From Sulfolobales archaeon (GTDB taxonomy: Archaea; Thermoproteota; Thermoprotei_A; Sulfolobales; AG1): a DNA stretch of 64,000 nucleotides. The first letter of the stretch is position 1, and each line of letters begins with the position of its first letter. The notes under the pieces were generated by a model. The model had not been told where the DNA came from. It was given only the letters and a program-made list of their open reading frames with translations, and did not search any database. The DNA is taken from the NCBI GenBank assembly GCA_038867615.1, contig JAWBYA010000001.1, positions 480,001 through 544,000 of the forward strand, in the 5' to 3' direction. The translations under genes and the position numbers were made by a program. Below, in pieces: positions 29,112 through 40,342 of the stretch.

Positions 29112-30293
29112 GTGTATAGAGTCTCGACACGCTACGAGGCTTCTCCGAGGTATTTGGGTTTAGCCCTTGCATCTCTATCCTTCTTCTCAACGCTTCTTCT
29201 AAGGATATATTGGGGATCTCTAGCCCCGTATCTAATTTCTCGCGGGGTTGGTGAGGAGCTGATTGGTCTTGTTGGGAGTGCTTTCTTCGCTGGATACGTG
29301 GTCTCCCAAATTCCCGGAGGTATTCTGGGCGATAGGAAGGGTCCCGGGTTTGCTATGGGTATTGGGCTTGTACTCTCGGGTTTTTTCAACACTCTCTTCT
29401 ATCTAGTGGATCGTGGGTTCTGGGTTTGGGTCTCTCTAGCAGTTGGTCTTCTCTCCGGTACTGTTTATGGACCCTCTGTAAAGCTTGTCAAGACCCTCTT
29501 TCCCCAGAATACTGAGAGGGCTATGGGGGTCTATAGTGTTGCGTGGTCTCTTCCCTTTCTCACTGCTCCGTGGCTTGTCTCTGGTGTTGTGGGGAGTGGT
29601 GATCCTGGCTATGTCCATATGGTCGTTGGGCTTCTATGCGTCTCTGTAGGGATAGCTGATCTTGTTCTCTTAAGAGGGGTTGGTGCGAGGGATCCTGGCC
29701 AGGTTCTAGGCGATCTTGTATCGACTCTATGGCGTTATAGAGGGTCTCTCGTTTTTGTAAGCCTTGGTGGTTTCCTAACCCTGTATTATAACTGGGTTAT
29801 AGCTTATTGGACGCCCTATTATATTGTTCTCTCAGGCTCTAGCACTATAGAGGCGTCTCTCGCCATGAGCGTCTTCTCCATAGCAGGCTTGGTCTCAATG
29901 CCTCTAGCAGGGATCCTGGCATCGAGGCTGGGTGTTATGAGGCTCTTGGTTATAGATCTTTTCTTCTACTCAGCATCAGGGATCCTTTTATCCAGATATC
30001 CCTCAGGCTCGCTACTCATCCCCCTAATGACTATCCTGGGTTTTACCAGGTTTGTTACAACACCTCTTAACTCAACAATACTCTCAATGATCTTCCCGCG
30101 ATCAGTGCTCTCAACAGCATCCTCCCTAGTGAATACCTTCTGGCAGCTGAGCGGTGCAGCAGCACCAATCATAACAGCATTATCACTAAAAACAACGAGT
30201 CCTGGAAACGCCATGCTGATCTCGTCACTAGCGCCCCTCTTAGCAACGATCCCATACTCGCTCTTGGCTAGAAGAGTCGGTCGCGGAGGCTAG
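29112..30293 (+). CDS. MFS transporter
   Basis: SQIPGGILGDRKG motif A; ~12 TMs. Confidence 0.9.
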   Translation: MYRVSTRYEASPRYLGLALASLSFFSTLLLRIYWGSLAPYLISRGVGEELIGLVGSAFFAGYVVSQIPGGILGDRKGPGFAMGIGLVLSGFFNTLFYLVDRGFWVWVSLAVGLLSGTVYGPSVKLVKTLFPQNTERAMGVYSVAWSLPFLTAPWLVSGVVGSGDPGYVHMVVGLLCVSVGIADLVLLRGVGARDPGQVLGDLVSTLWRYRGSLVFVSLGGFLTLYYNWVIAYWTPYYIVLSGSSTIEASLAMSVFSIAGLVSMPLAGILASRLGVMRLLVIDLFFYSASGILLSRYPSGSLLIPLMTILGFTRFVTTPLNSTILSMIFPRSVLSTASSLVNTFWQLSGAAAPIITALSLKTTSPGNAMLISSLAPLLATIPYSLLARRVGRGG

Positions 30294-30420
30294 CATTAAC
30301 ATCTTAGATCCACCATGCTTAGCATCGACGTCGGTTTTAAATTAAGATTATCAAAGATCCTGGGGATCCTCGGCTATTGATTTATAAGCTTTTACCTAGA
30401 TTTATCAGTGGTGATCATGG

Positions 30421-30705
30421 GTGGTTTATGATATCGTTTTAACAGCAATCGGCGTTATCGTTCTCCTCGCCGGGCTGGCTATGTTTGCTATGAAGAAGAG
30501 CGGGTGGATGCTAGCCGTAGCAGTAGGCGCCCTATGGCTCCTCGCCATGGGGATCTATGCTGCTTACAAAGCCAGCGGTTTCTATGGTCCCGTGGGTCTT
30601 GCCGCTGGGAGTGCTGGTCCTCTTGTGACAACGATTATCGGCTTCCTGATCTTCTTCCTCGGTGTTGGGGCGTTTCTATATGTTATGAGAAAACGTAGGG
30701 GGTGA
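30421..30705 (+). CDS. Small membrane protein, first in the ECF operon
   Basis: Three TMs; overlaps the next gene. Confidence 0.7.
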   Translation: MVYDIVLTAIGVIVLLAGLAMFAMKKSGWMLAVAVGALWLLAMGIYAAYKASGFYGPVGLAAGSAGPLVTTIIGFLIFFLGVGAFLYVMRKRRG

Positions 30706-31550
30706 TCATGGTGGCGATCGCTGCTAGAGGTATCTGGGGGGTTAGTATTGTAATAGCGATCCTGTTTGTAGCCCTCTTCATATACATAGCCTATGATATC
30801 GTTAGCAAGGGTATAGGGCCTGATAAGGCCTCAACATGGCTTGTAACACAGCCCTTCGTGGTGCTTGGGAGGGATTTCTGGTTCGCCATAGCAGGGATCC
30901 TATGGATCGTGGGGACAGTGATCTTCGCCCTAGAGATTAGTGGTAGGACTATAACTAGGAGGGGCATTGTTAAGGTTGATCTCAGATGGGATGCTGTAGA
31001 CGTATCAGTAACGGCTCTAACAGCAGCACTATATGGTGGAGCATTGGCAGCCACTGGAGGGATCCCGATAATCCCCGGCTTCACGTGGGTGAGGCCTGGC
31101 AATGCACTAGCACCTCTCTTCGGCATGCTCTTCGGAGTCCCGGGAGCCCTTGGAACGTCTATAGGTAACTTTATAGCAGACGCCCTGACGGGGTATCTGA
31201 GCATTGGGAGTATTGGGGGCTTTATAGGTAACTTCATAATAGCATGGGTTCCGTATAAGTTTATGAGGGATCATAGCTTTAGGAGTCCGAGAAGCCTTAT
31301 AGAGTACTACATATGGGGAGGCGTTATAAGCTCTATCTGGTGCTCTCTCTACATCTCATGGTGGCTAGATCTATTAGAGCCGGTGATAGGGCTTCCAAGA
31401 GCCCTTGTATGGGGATGGTTCGCGCCATGGGTTATATTCAACAACGCTGTGGTTACAACGACACTCACACCGATACTTGGATACCTGCTATACCAGCCGA
31501 TAAAGATGAGGGGTCTCTACTGGAAGGATAGGATCAGATTCGCATCCTAG
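30702..31550 (+). CDS. ECF transporter S component
   Basis: VRPGNALAPLFGMLFG, GNFIAD. Confidence 0.85.
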   Translation: MIMVAIAARGIWGVSIVIAILFVALFIYIAYDIVSKGIGPDKASTWLVTQPFVVLGRDFWFAIAGILWIVGTVIFALEISGRTITRRGIVKVDLRWDAVDVSVTALTAALYGGALAATGGIPIIPGFTWVRPGNALAPLFGMLFGVPGALGTSIGNFIADALTGYLSIGSIGGFIGNFIIAWVPYKFMRDHSFRSPRSLIEYYIWGGVISSIWCSLYISWWLDLLEPVIGLPRALVWGWFAPWVIFNNAVVTTTLTPILGYLLYQPIKMRGLYWKDRIRFAS

Positions 31551-31571
31551 CCAGGGGCGTGTAGAGGCTCA

Positions 31572-32867
31572 ATGGGGCTTGTGGGTGTTAGGGGGCGCAT
31601 ACTAACACTGGATCCCGAGAAACCTTTTTTCAAGGACGGGCTTGTGATTTTTGATCAGGATGGCTATATAGTGGATGTAACGGATCTCGAGGATGGTAAG
31701 AAGTACTCGCCAGAGATAATTATTGGTAGTGAGAAGAGCATAGTGACCCCGGGGCTTGTCAATACCCATAACCACATCCCTATGTATCTATTCAGAGGGA
31801 TCGGGCTTAACCTCACAGGCCTAGAATGGCTCAAAAAGATCTGGTCCATGGAAGCGTGTCTAAAACCATGGCATATATACTGGGGAGCACTTGCAGGGAT
31901 AGCAGAGCTCCTCATAACAGGCACAACACTCTTCGGAGATATGTATTTCTACGAAGAGGAGGTGGCTAGAGCAAGCAAGGATGCGGGTATAAGGGCATCC
32001 CTCTCCCTAGGGGTTATAGAGCTATTCGAAGGGCCTCCGAAACACACTATAGAGGAGTCGATATCCTTCGCCGAGAATATGGGTAGAGGAGAGCTTGTAA
32101 GAGGCATGATCGGGGTCCATGCACTCTACTCTGTTACGGGTGATTCTGTTAGAAAGGCTGCCGAGGCCTCTGTAGAGAAGAACCTGAGGATCCACATGCA
32201 CTTCGCGGAATCCATGGACGAGGTTAGGAGGGTTAGGGATATGTATGGATCAACACCAACAGGGGCTGCCGAAAGCCTAGGGCTCTTGAGAGCATCACCC
32301 CTCCTAGCCCATGCTGTCTATATTGGTGACAACGATCTCGAGTTGCTTGCTAAAAGAAAGCCCTATATCTCCTACTGCCCCTCATCCATCATGGCCTGGG
32401 GCTCTGGGGTTGCGAGGGTTCTCGAGATGGTTGAGAGGGGCATAGGGGTTACTATGGGGACTGATGGGCCCCTCACCTCGGGGTGGATGGATATCCTGCT
32501 CGAGATGAGGATAGCTATTGCTGTCCAGAGCTCTAAATATTCTAGACCATATGCTCTAGATCCCCTGGGTCTCTTGAGATCCTCGATATTGGGTGGGGCA
32601 AGGGCCCTGGGTTGGAGTGATGTTGGGATGCTTAGGAAAGGATATAGAGCAGATCTAGTTGTGCTCGAACCCACGATCCCCACGGATCTCGATGACCCAT
32701 CCTCAGTAGCTAGGGCTATCATCTGGCTGGGAGGCTTCTCCGTGAGGGATGTTTTTGTCAATGGGAGGCATGTGGTTTCTGGAGGCATGGTTAGGAGTAT
32801 AGATCTTGGTAGGGTTTATAGCGAGCTTTTGAGGGCTAGGAGTGATATTCTCTCGAGGTGCGGCTAG
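31572..32867 (+). CDS. Amidohydrolase (MTA/SAH deaminase-like)
   Basis: PGLVNTHNH, HMHFAES, LAHAV, GTDG. Confidence 0.9.
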   Translation: MGLVGVRGRILTLDPEKPFFKDGLVIFDQDGYIVDVTDLEDGKKYSPEIIIGSEKSIVTPGLVNTHNHIPMYLFRGIGLNLTGLEWLKKIWSMEACLKPWHIYWGALAGIAELLITGTTLFGDMYFYEEEVARASKDAGIRASLSLGVIELFEGPPKHTIEESISFAENMGRGELVRGMIGVHALYSVTGDSVRKAAEASVEKNLRIHMHFAESMDEVRRVRDMYGSTPTGAAESLGLLRASPLLAHAVYIGDNDLELLAKRKPYISYCPSSIMAWGSGVARVLEMVERGIGVTMGTDGPLTSGWMDILLEMRIAIAVQSSKYSRPYALDPLGLLRSSILGGARALGWSDVGMLRKGYRADLVVLEPTIPTDLDDPSSVARAIIWLGGFSVRDVFVNGRHVVSGGMVRSIDLGRVYSELLRARSDILSRCG

Positions 32868-33674
32868 TTGGGCGAGGTAGGGCTCTATGTAGAAGGTAAG
32901 AGTATTATCCACAGCCTAGACCCTAGGGTTAAGCTCCTCTGGTTCGTCTTTGTCCTGGCAGCGTCTATTGTATGTCAGTTCGACGGATCTGTCTCTCTAT
33001 TTATATTCCTATCCCTTGTGGTTGGCATGGCTCTAGCTGGGCTTCCTCTTAAGAGGCTTTTGCTCATAATAGGCTATAGCGTTGTGTTCTTCATAGTAAC
33101 GATTCTTGTGTGGGCTAGCTATTACCAGGATGTTGGGAGATACCTATTCACATTCGCCGGGGTTAGGGTTACCGATACAGGCTTGCTTGTGGGGACTGGG
33201 AAGTTCTTCCTAATAATAAACCCGATAGTATCGATGCTGATATTTTTCTCAACAGTAAAGCCCTACGATCTAGTCCAGGTTTTCTCAAGGATAGGGCTGC
33301 CCTATAAGGCTGGCTTTATGCTTCTACTCTCTCTAAGGATGCTCTCCCTAGCTGTGTCAGAGCTTAGGAATATAATGGATGTTCAGAAGGCTAGGGGTAT
33401 AGAGGTTGATTCGAGGAATCCCTTCAAGAGGGTTGCTAACCTCATCCCTGTTTTCGTACCACTTGTTATAAGGATCATGGGGCTTGCGTGGGAGCTGAGC
33501 ATAACCCTCATGGTTAGGGGTTTCGGCTATTCTAGGGAGAGGAGCTATGCATTCCCACTAAGGTGGAGCTCTAGGGATACGTTAGCCCTTATACTGATAG
33601 CAATATTCTACACAGGAATAATAGCTGTGAAGCTGGCGGGCTTCTCAACATACTACATGATCGCTGGGGTGTGA
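32868..33674 (+). CDS. ecfT: ECF transmembrane T component
   Basis: IHSLDPRVKL, QKARG, MVRGF. Confidence 0.92.
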   Translation: MGEVGLYVEGKSIIHSLDPRVKLLWFVFVLAASIVCQFDGSVSLFIFLSLVVGMALAGLPLKRLLLIIGYSVVFFIVTILVWASYYQDVGRYLFTFAGVRVTDTGLLVGTGKFFLIINPIVSMLIFFSTVKPYDLVQVFSRIGLPYKAGFMLLLSLRMLSLAVSELRNIMDVQKARGIEVDSRNPFKRVANLIPVFVPLVIRIMGLAWELSITLMVRGFGYSRERSYAFPLRWSSRDTLALILIAIFYTGIIAVKLAGFSTYYMIAGV

Positions 33675-33677
33675 GGC

Positions 33678-34553
33678 TTGGGATACGCTGTCGAGGTTAG
33701 GAACCTCTGGTTCAGATACATGCTCTCAGAGGAATGGGTTCTAAGGGATCTAAACCTAGCTGTTGAGGAGGGTGAGTTTATAGTTATAATGGGGCCCTCT
33801 GGGTGTGGGAAATCCACACTCCTCTACATACTCTCAGGAATAATACCCAACATGATCAGGGGCGAGGTTAAGGGTGAGGTCAAGATCCTGGGGAGAGATC
33901 TTAGGGGGCTGAGGCCCGAGGATATCACGAGGAGCGTGGGCTTTGTGTTCCAGAACCCCGATTCCCAGCTAATAATGCCCACCGTTCTTGAGGAGGTTGT
34001 CATGGGTCTCGAGAACCTGGGGCTCGATAGGGGTGAGATCCTTGGCAGGGCTAGAGAGATCCTAAGCTATGTGGGGCTTGATAGGAAGAGCAACATGCCC
34101 CCAAGATCCCTCTCAGCTGGTGAGAGACAGCTACTAGCAATAGCCTCTGTGCTTGCAATGAGACCGAGGATCTTGATCCTTGACGAGCCAACCTCAATGC
34201 TAGATCATGTTGGCACTATGAAGGTTCTAAGCCTGGTAGAGAGTCTCAAGAAAAACCTAGGGATCACTGTAATCGTTGTCGAACACAGAATCGAGTGGGC
34301 TGTTGAGATAGCCGATAAAATCGCTATAATGGATCGAGGAACCGTGGTTGCCTACGGAGAACCATCAAAGATCTTCAGCAACCCAGAGCTTATTAAAAAG
34401 ACCGGTGTGAGGCCACCGATGATCAGCGAGGTTTTCTACGAATTGATAGATAAGGGGATAAAGGTTAACAGGATCCCTATAACAACTAAAGAAGGGATAG
34501 AAGAACTCAGGAGAATTCTAGAGAGATCCGCTAAACCCGGTGCTCTGACCTAG
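33678..34553 (+). CDS. ecfA: ECF ATPase
   Basis: GPSGCGKST, VFQNPDSQL, LDEPTSMLD. Confidence 0.92.
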   Translation: MGYAVEVRNLWFRYMLSEEWVLRDLNLAVEEGEFIVIMGPSGCGKSTLLYILSGIIPNMIRGEVKGEVKILGRDLRGLRPEDITRSVGFVFQNPDSQLIMPTVLEEVVMGLENLGLDRGEILGRAREILSYVGLDRKSNMPPRSLSAGERQLLAIASVLAMRPRILILDEPTSMLDHVGTMKVLSLVESLKKNLGITVIVVEHRIEWAVEIADKIAIMDRGTVVAYGEPSKIFSNPELIKKTGVRPPMISEVFYELIDKGIKVNRIPITTKEGIEELRRILERSAKPGALT

Positions 34554-35300
34554 CTTTTGGTGTAAGAGTTCTTTGAATCTTTTAGCATCGTCCCACATAT
34601 AGATATTATTGAATAGGGCTAGGGCCTCTCTACGATTGCTCGAAACCAGCTTGCTATATAATTCCTCGAGATCTTTGTCGCTATATTTATATCTATAGTT
34701 CACCTCCCCACCTCCTAGTCCGTGTAGTCTTGTGTATAGGGGGATCTCGCTATCCTGGGTGCATGGATCTCTCCTAAGGATATCGACTATATGTATGATT
34801 CCGTGTTTGTTTAGGAGGCTGCAGAGCTTCTCTCTATTCTCCTCATCATTCCAAGAGCCCCTCGGCTCCCATCCGAGTTCGAAACCCTTCTTTGTGATTG
34901 TCGAGAAGAAATCATCGATCCATCTCAATGCCTGAACGCTATATCCCAGCGATGGTGGTGTTTGAAATACTATGAACCTAGCCCCCAACTCTCTAGCATA
35001 TTCCTCAACAACCTCCCAGGCCTTTAAATTCCTCTCAGTCGGTCTTAGAAGCCCGTATTCCGAGGGGTCTCCTTCAAGTTTTCTCCTCATCCTCTTCATT
35101 GTGGGGCTCTTACTACTATGGGTTATGACCTGCCAGGCTTTAACACTGAATATAAAGCCTTCTGGGGCTTCCTTTCTAAGGGTTCTTGCCTTCTCAACGG
35201 GTGGGGGGTCGTAGAATGTCTCCTGGATCTCGACTATATCGAGGGTTCTGAAAATCTCCCTTCTCGATCTGGGGAAGCCGCAGGTACCTGCGAGAATCAT
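34518..35300 (-). CDS. DUF72 protein
   Basis: GTCGF, VEIQETFY, KAWQVITH, FQTPPS, WEPRG, YTRLHG. Confidence 0.92.
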   Translation of the reverse strand: MILAGTCGFPRSRREIFRTLDIVEIQETFYDPPPVEKARTLRKEAPEGFIFSVKAWQVITHSSKSPTMKRMRRKLEGDPSEYGLLRPTERNLKAWEVVEEYARELGARFIVFQTPPSLGYSVQALRWIDDFFSTITKKGFELGWEPRGSWNDEENREKLCSLLNKHGIIHIVDILRRDPCTQDSEIPLYTRLHGLGGGEVNYRYKYSDKDLEELYSKLVSSNRREALALFNNIYMWDDAKRFKELLHQKLGQSTGFSGSL

Positions 35301-35343
35301 AAACCCCCAGCCTAGAGATCCTTCTACATGATGGCTAGGCCCT

Positions 35344-35661
35344 TTATTCTTCCTCAGGCGGGTGGTATGGTGAGTCGTAGAAGCAGTAGAGCTTTTTCTT
35401 CTTATAACTATTCTTGGGCTTTACGAGATGCTTCCTGACAAGCCCTGCTTTCGAGAGCTTGTTAAGCATGTAATAGACAGCGTCTCTTGAGACACCGAGT
35501 GCTTTGATTATTTCATCAGCGAAGGCACAACCACTAGGCGTTGATCTTAGGAATCTTAATATATCGCCCCCAATAAGGTCTAGCCTAGGCTCTTCAGAGG
35601 GTCTCATCCTCTCCAAACTATTCCTAATAACTATTAACGGGGAGTCATCCACAGCCCTCAC
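35344..35661 (-). CDS. Winged-HTH protein
   Basis: FADEIIKALGVSRDAVYYMLNKLSKAGLV; GTG start after GGTGA SD (ORF track overextends). Confidence 0.7.
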   Translation of the reverse strand: MRAVDDSPLIVIRNSLERMRPSEEPRLDLIGGDILRFLRSTPSGCAFADEIIKALGVSRDAVYYMLNKLSKAGLVRKHLVKPKNSYKKKKLYCFYDSPYHPPEEE

Positions 35662-35800
35662 CAGACAATCATCACCATAGAGATTTATAAAAAGCCCAAC
35701 AAGACCTTTAAGAACATACACATTAGAATCGGAACCACAACCTACCCTTATGCTAAGTTCACTTATTATTTTTAATAAAATCATGTATCTGGTAAGGAGC

Positions 35801-36046
35801 TTGAGCGTTACGATTTGCTTTAGGATTAGTAAGGAGCTTAAAGAGAAAATGGATAGAATGAGGCATATCATCTGGAACGAGGTTGTTGAGAAAGCCATAA
35901 TGGAAGAGATCAGGGGACAGGAGATACTCTTATCAAGAGACCCTGAGAGAGCCTTAAGAGCGTCTATGCTCATAGACTCGCTAAGGAGGAAGGCGCCCAG
36001 CTGGAATAGTGTTGAGGAAATTAGGAGATGGAGAGAGGGGAGATAG
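35801..36046 (+). CDS. vapB: VapB-type antitoxin (RHH)
   Basis: SVTICFRISKELKEKM...WNEVV; C-terminal SVEEIRRWRE overlapping a PIN gene. Confidence 0.8.
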   Translation: MSVTICFRISKELKEKMDRMRHIIWNEVVEKAIMEEIRGQEILLSRDPERALRASMLIDSLRRKAPSWNSVEEIRRWREGR

Positions 36047-36417
36047 TTATAGATGCATCAGTAGCTGTTAAATAGTTTGCTGAGGAGGAACATAGCGATC
36101 TAGCTATAAAGTTAAAGGATCTACGTGTAAAAGGAGAAATAGATCTCGCAGCCCCTTCCATGATCTACTACGAAGTGCTTAACGCACTAAGACACTCGGG
36201 ATCATTCAAACCAGAGGAGCCGGGATTAATAGCACGATCACTGGAAGACCTTCAGATCCTACTTTACACCAAGTTCCACTCTAATGGCCAGATTATCGAG
36301 CTCTCGCCGAGATACGGTATCACAGTATATGATGCATCATATCTCTCCCTAGCCAAGCACCTTAACACCGTAGTATATACTACTGATAAGGAATTACTAA
36401 GAAAGTTCAGGGCTTAA
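36028..36417 (+). pseudogene. vapC: VapC PIN toxin with in-frame stop
   Basis: IVIDASVAVK*FAEEE (TAG 36073-75 at the usual W), YEVLNAL, ITVYDASYL, YTTD. Confidence 0.88.
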
Positions 36418-36725
36418 AAGAACGATCCACATAAGGATCTCATTTGATTAGCGAGAAGTTTCATCAAAAAAGCAGCTCTATGTGGTACTCAACATGTCTA
36501 AAGTAGCTGTTAAGGGGATCTATAATCGGTATGATGTATGAGATGATAAATAGCCACACAACCCTAATGTATCTTTTAACCCAAACCATGGGGACAAGAT
36601 CTATGGGGGTGTTGATGATGCCAACGCGTATGGAGATCATAACATGTCGTTCTCAGAATTTCTTAAGTGAAATGCCTATAACTATCACGACTGTAAGGAG
36701 AGGATCCTTGTCGCTAAGATTATCT

Positions 36726-38027
36726 CTATACATTGTATATTTTAAGATGCTTCTCCAGGATCTTTTTCTCTTCGAAAGCGATCTCTGAGAAGAGTTTTAC
36801 TCTAGGCTCGTCCACCTCTATATTTTTGGCATCAAGGATCTCTAGGGTTTTCTGTGCTAATGCTTCTATGTCTCCTTCCTTTGCTAGGTAGACTCCGTTG
36901 AGATTTCCATAACTGATTTTAAGGGCTGGTATATCGTATGCCACTACGGGGGTTCCGAGTAAAAGAGATTCAGCTACAGCGTATGGGTAGGCATCAACAT
37001 GACCTGGATATAGGCTTAGCTTTGCGCTTGCCCTAAATTTTAGGAGATCTCTTCTTTGGGGGATGTAGCCTACGAGAATCAGGTTATCATTTATCTTGAG
37101 CTTCTTAGCAATTCTAGCAATAAGGGCTCCCATGCGATCCTTCTCGGAGGTAAATATCGCTACTTTAAAATCCCTCCTACTCCTAGCAATGATCTTGATG
37201 GCAATCAATAGATCTGCTAAACCTTTCTCAGGCACGGGTCTTGCAGGGAAGACCGCGTGGATCTTGGATTCGTTTGGCTTTTTTAACCTTAGGCTTTTTA
37301 TATAGCCGAGCTCCTCCTCGTCAAAACCGATGCCTGGATCCATCGCAACAACCCTACCCTCCCAACCCATCTCAAAAGGAATGGATTTAGAAACAGAGAG
37401 AATAAGATCAAATTCTCTCAAGATACCTCCCAACATGAACTCAGATGGTGTGATGAGCTTTGCTAGACTACGTATAGAACTATTATATATAAGGTGATGT
37501 ACAGCTGTATGGTAGCCGAATTTTATGATGTCCGGTAATGAGTATTCAGAGATCATCCGTAGCCTGTGGAAAAGAAGAAAGGAGCCTGTTATGTTGGAGA
37601 TCCTCTTGATATCCTTATAGAAAGGAGGGTTATGAAGTATCACCACACTTTTCGAGCCTGTTTCTCTAGAGATCTCGAGAGCTGTTCTTAGACAAACTAT
37701 ATCTTCCATATGGCATATTACAACATCAGCATTCGTATTAATAATATTGCTATAGAACCTCAGGTTTAGTAGCATATGTGATGGTACGGATCTTATTAGT
37801 GGACGTGATAAGTAGGATTCAGGTATAGCGGCGAAAAATCTCTTCATAGACGCACACCCAAGCGGAGGGCAGAGGCTCAGCAGATCTCTAAGCGTCTCCT
37901 TAGTAAAATCCACGAGGATCGAGCGGCACTCGATACCAGTACTGCTTCTAGCTTTCAGCACCCTGTAAGTTCTAAATGGAGCACCACCCTTCCTGACATT
38001 TACATCAGCCACCTCTATGGTTCTCAT
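36726..38027 (-). CDS. GT4 glycosyltransferase
   Basis: ARPVPEKG, DAYPYAVAESLLLGTPVVAYD. Confidence 0.9.
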   Translation of the reverse strand: MRTIEVADVNVRKGGAPFRTYRVLKARSSTGIECRSILVDFTKETLRDLLSLCPPLGCASMKRFFAAIPESYLSRPLIRSVPSHMLLNLRFYSNIINTNADVVICHMEDIVCLRTALEISRETGSKSVVILHNPPFYKDIKRISNITGSFLLFHRLRMISEYSLPDIIKFGYHTAVHHLIYNSSIRSLAKLITPSEFMLGGILREFDLILSVSKSIPFEMGWEGRVVAMDPGIGFDEEELGYIKSLRLKKPNESKIHAVFPARPVPEKGLADLLIAIKIIARSRRDFKVAIFTSEKDRMGALIARIAKKLKINDNLILVGYIPQRRDLLKFRASAKLSLYPGHVDAYPYAVAESLLLGTPVVAYDIPALKISYGNLNGVYLAKEGDIEALAQKTLEILDAKNIEVDEPRVKLFSEIAFEEKKILEKHLKIYNV

Positions 38028-39148
38028 AGCCTCTGCACCTCATGCTAGGCCTACTAACAAACTAGTAGATAATGTGATATAAAACTATTTCAAGCCAAAT
38101 TATTTATTGTTATAAGCTATTTCCAACGATATCGCTGGGGTTTTCTCGTGGAACGCTCTTAACGAAATTTCTAGACCAAATAGGTTGTAAGCTAAGATTC
38201 ACGAATAACAGTGACAGACGAGCAGGCCTCCTAGAACCCGCTATTAATTGAGAGGCGCGAGACCTTAGGATTCTCAGGATATGATCTTCGATAGAGACCT
38301 GGGATTTAAGTATTCTTCGGCATTGATTCCTGGGTATGATTTTGCTCATATGGCTAGATTAATTACTAAGACCATTACTAAGACCGGCTCTACAGAGGAT
38401 CTGGGAGTCAAAATACTTTCTAAAGTCGAGGGGTCTTTGACAACCAGCTATACTTAGGTAATAGATACCATACTATGCAAAAAGAGATATACATGTATTG
38501 ATAGACACGGGGCCAAATGCAGAAATAGGGGCTCTATAGAGCTAGACCTCATGACATATTCTACGATGGTTTCTCCACACTATCAGATCGCTCGATAAGC
38601 CTGATTGCAACGCAGAGTTCTTTCTATTTGCGGTCTCGATCTAACCATCGGCCTACTCAGGGCAAAACTCCATGAGCTAATAGCTAATTATCACACCACG
38701 TGTCGATCTCTAAGAGAGCATAACTAGTAGCAGAGTAAGAAGGGGTGGTGTGTGTCGACAATAACATTAGGTTCAGGAAGTGGGGGATCTTGGAAAATAT
38801 AGAATCTTCATGATGGATTTCTATAGATTAGATCTCGAGGTAATGCCGTATTTTCTGGCTTATGGTGTTAAGTTCATGGATCTCACAGACTATTTAGATG
38901 GTCTCTATTTAATCATGCTGGATCGTGAAGGCTGTGGAGGGGAATCCTGAAGGAAAGCCATGTTCACCTAAGAAAGTTTTAAACGATCTTAATGGATCAT
39001 TATTGAGGAGACTACAAAAATATAACGAACCAGCTAAAAGGAATCCATAATGGTGAACATTATTTTGAGGGCTATAGCAAAATATTCCCAAAGTACTGTA
39101 GAGCGGAAAGACAGTATAGTGGAGGAAAGCTCTGAATGACAAATAACT

Positions 39149-40030
39149 TTAGGTTTTGTTGGCTAGGCATCTATATATGAAGGTGATCAGATCTTCCCCT
39201 CTTTCTCTGGATTCGATTAGATCGGTGAAGCCGCATCTCTGAATTATTGCAGCTAATAACCTTCTTCTATTATCTCTGATCTTTGTAAGGGTGTGAACCA
39301 ATGCCTCATAAAATGCAAAATAAAGTGCTCCCTTTAGTGAGAGATAGTTCATCGGGCTTCCCTTAATAGAGGCTCTTGCAATGATATAGAGATATATTAG
39401 GGGCATTGAGAAAGGTGCGAGAACCCATAAGACTCTTCGTACGAAGAAGCCTTCGTGTTTGTAGTATTGTAGGGCCTCATACCAGGCAAACTTCTTAAAC
39501 CCTGCCTTCCATTTCTTGAGGTCGTGTGGTCCATAGTGGAGTATATAGTGATCCTCGGGCAGCTCAAGAACCTTACCGTTGATGCTGGGGATCTCGTGAA
39601 TGATCCCTTTAAACACGGTCTTTGTTTTTCTAAATATCCTTATCTGTCTATCGGGATAAAATGGGCCTAAAAGCGGTTTCCCTTTCAAGATATTTATACG
39701 GGTTACTGAGAACGCATCGTAAGAGTCTCCTTGGCTGCTTATGATGGATCTAAGATTTTTCTTCAGGGTTTTGCCAAGCCTCTCATCAGTATCTAGGTAG
39801 AGAATCCATTCATATGAAGCTTTAGATAATGCATACATCCTATCAGGTTCCACATACCCCCACGGTTTCCTCTGGTAAACCTTAGCGTTGTACATTTTGG
39901 CTATTTCCAGCGTGTTATCAGTGCTATAGCCGTCTATAATCACTATTTCGTCAACCACATCACTAACATTTTCTAACAAACTTGGAAGATATTTTGCGGA
40001 ATTCCTTGTAAAGGTAATAAAAGAAATCAT
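39149..40030 (-). CDS. GT2 glycosyltransferase
   Basis: IIDGYSTDNT, WILYLDTDE, GIIHE. Confidence 0.92.
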   Translation of the reverse strand: MISFITFTRNSAKYLPSLLENVSDVVDEIVIIDGYSTDNTLEIAKMYNAKVYQRKPWGYVEPDRMYALSKASYEWILYLDTDERLGKTLKKNLRSIISSQGDSYDAFSVTRINILKGKPLLGPFYPDRQIRIFRKTKTVFKGIIHEIPSINGKVLELPEDHYILHYGPHDLKKWKAGFKKFAWYEALQYYKHEGFFVRRVLWVLAPFSMPLIYLYIIARASIKGSPMNYLSLKGALYFAFYEALVHTLTKIRDNRRRLLAAIIQRCGFTDLIESRERGEDLITFIYRCLANKT

Positions 40031-40342
40031 AAACCTCCCTACTCTTACTGCTAATTATTAACTAATAAGCATTCGTCTCTATGGCTCTTCGTTCTATTGT
40101 TATCTGAGTAGCATTAAGTCGATTACTTCGTTGGCTGTTTCGATATGAGTTCTCTGTACCAGTACTATTTTATTATTTAATGAATAATCGCAATGCCAGC
40201 CCACTCGTACAATACCCCAGATCTTTAAGGTTTCGCTTTGTTAGATGCGACTTATAGCATGCTATGACATGTGGAAATTTGCTATTAATTGGAAGGGTTG
40301 TAGATCTATTTATATGTGTCTCTGTTCTAGATGCAGATATGA

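Noticed and set aside
38030-39140. Short ORFs in the AT-rich spacer
   Set aside because: Probably decayed genes, but no family could be recognised.
40133-40150. GGCTGTTTCGATAT resembling a MITE left end
   Set aside because: No downstream core homology.
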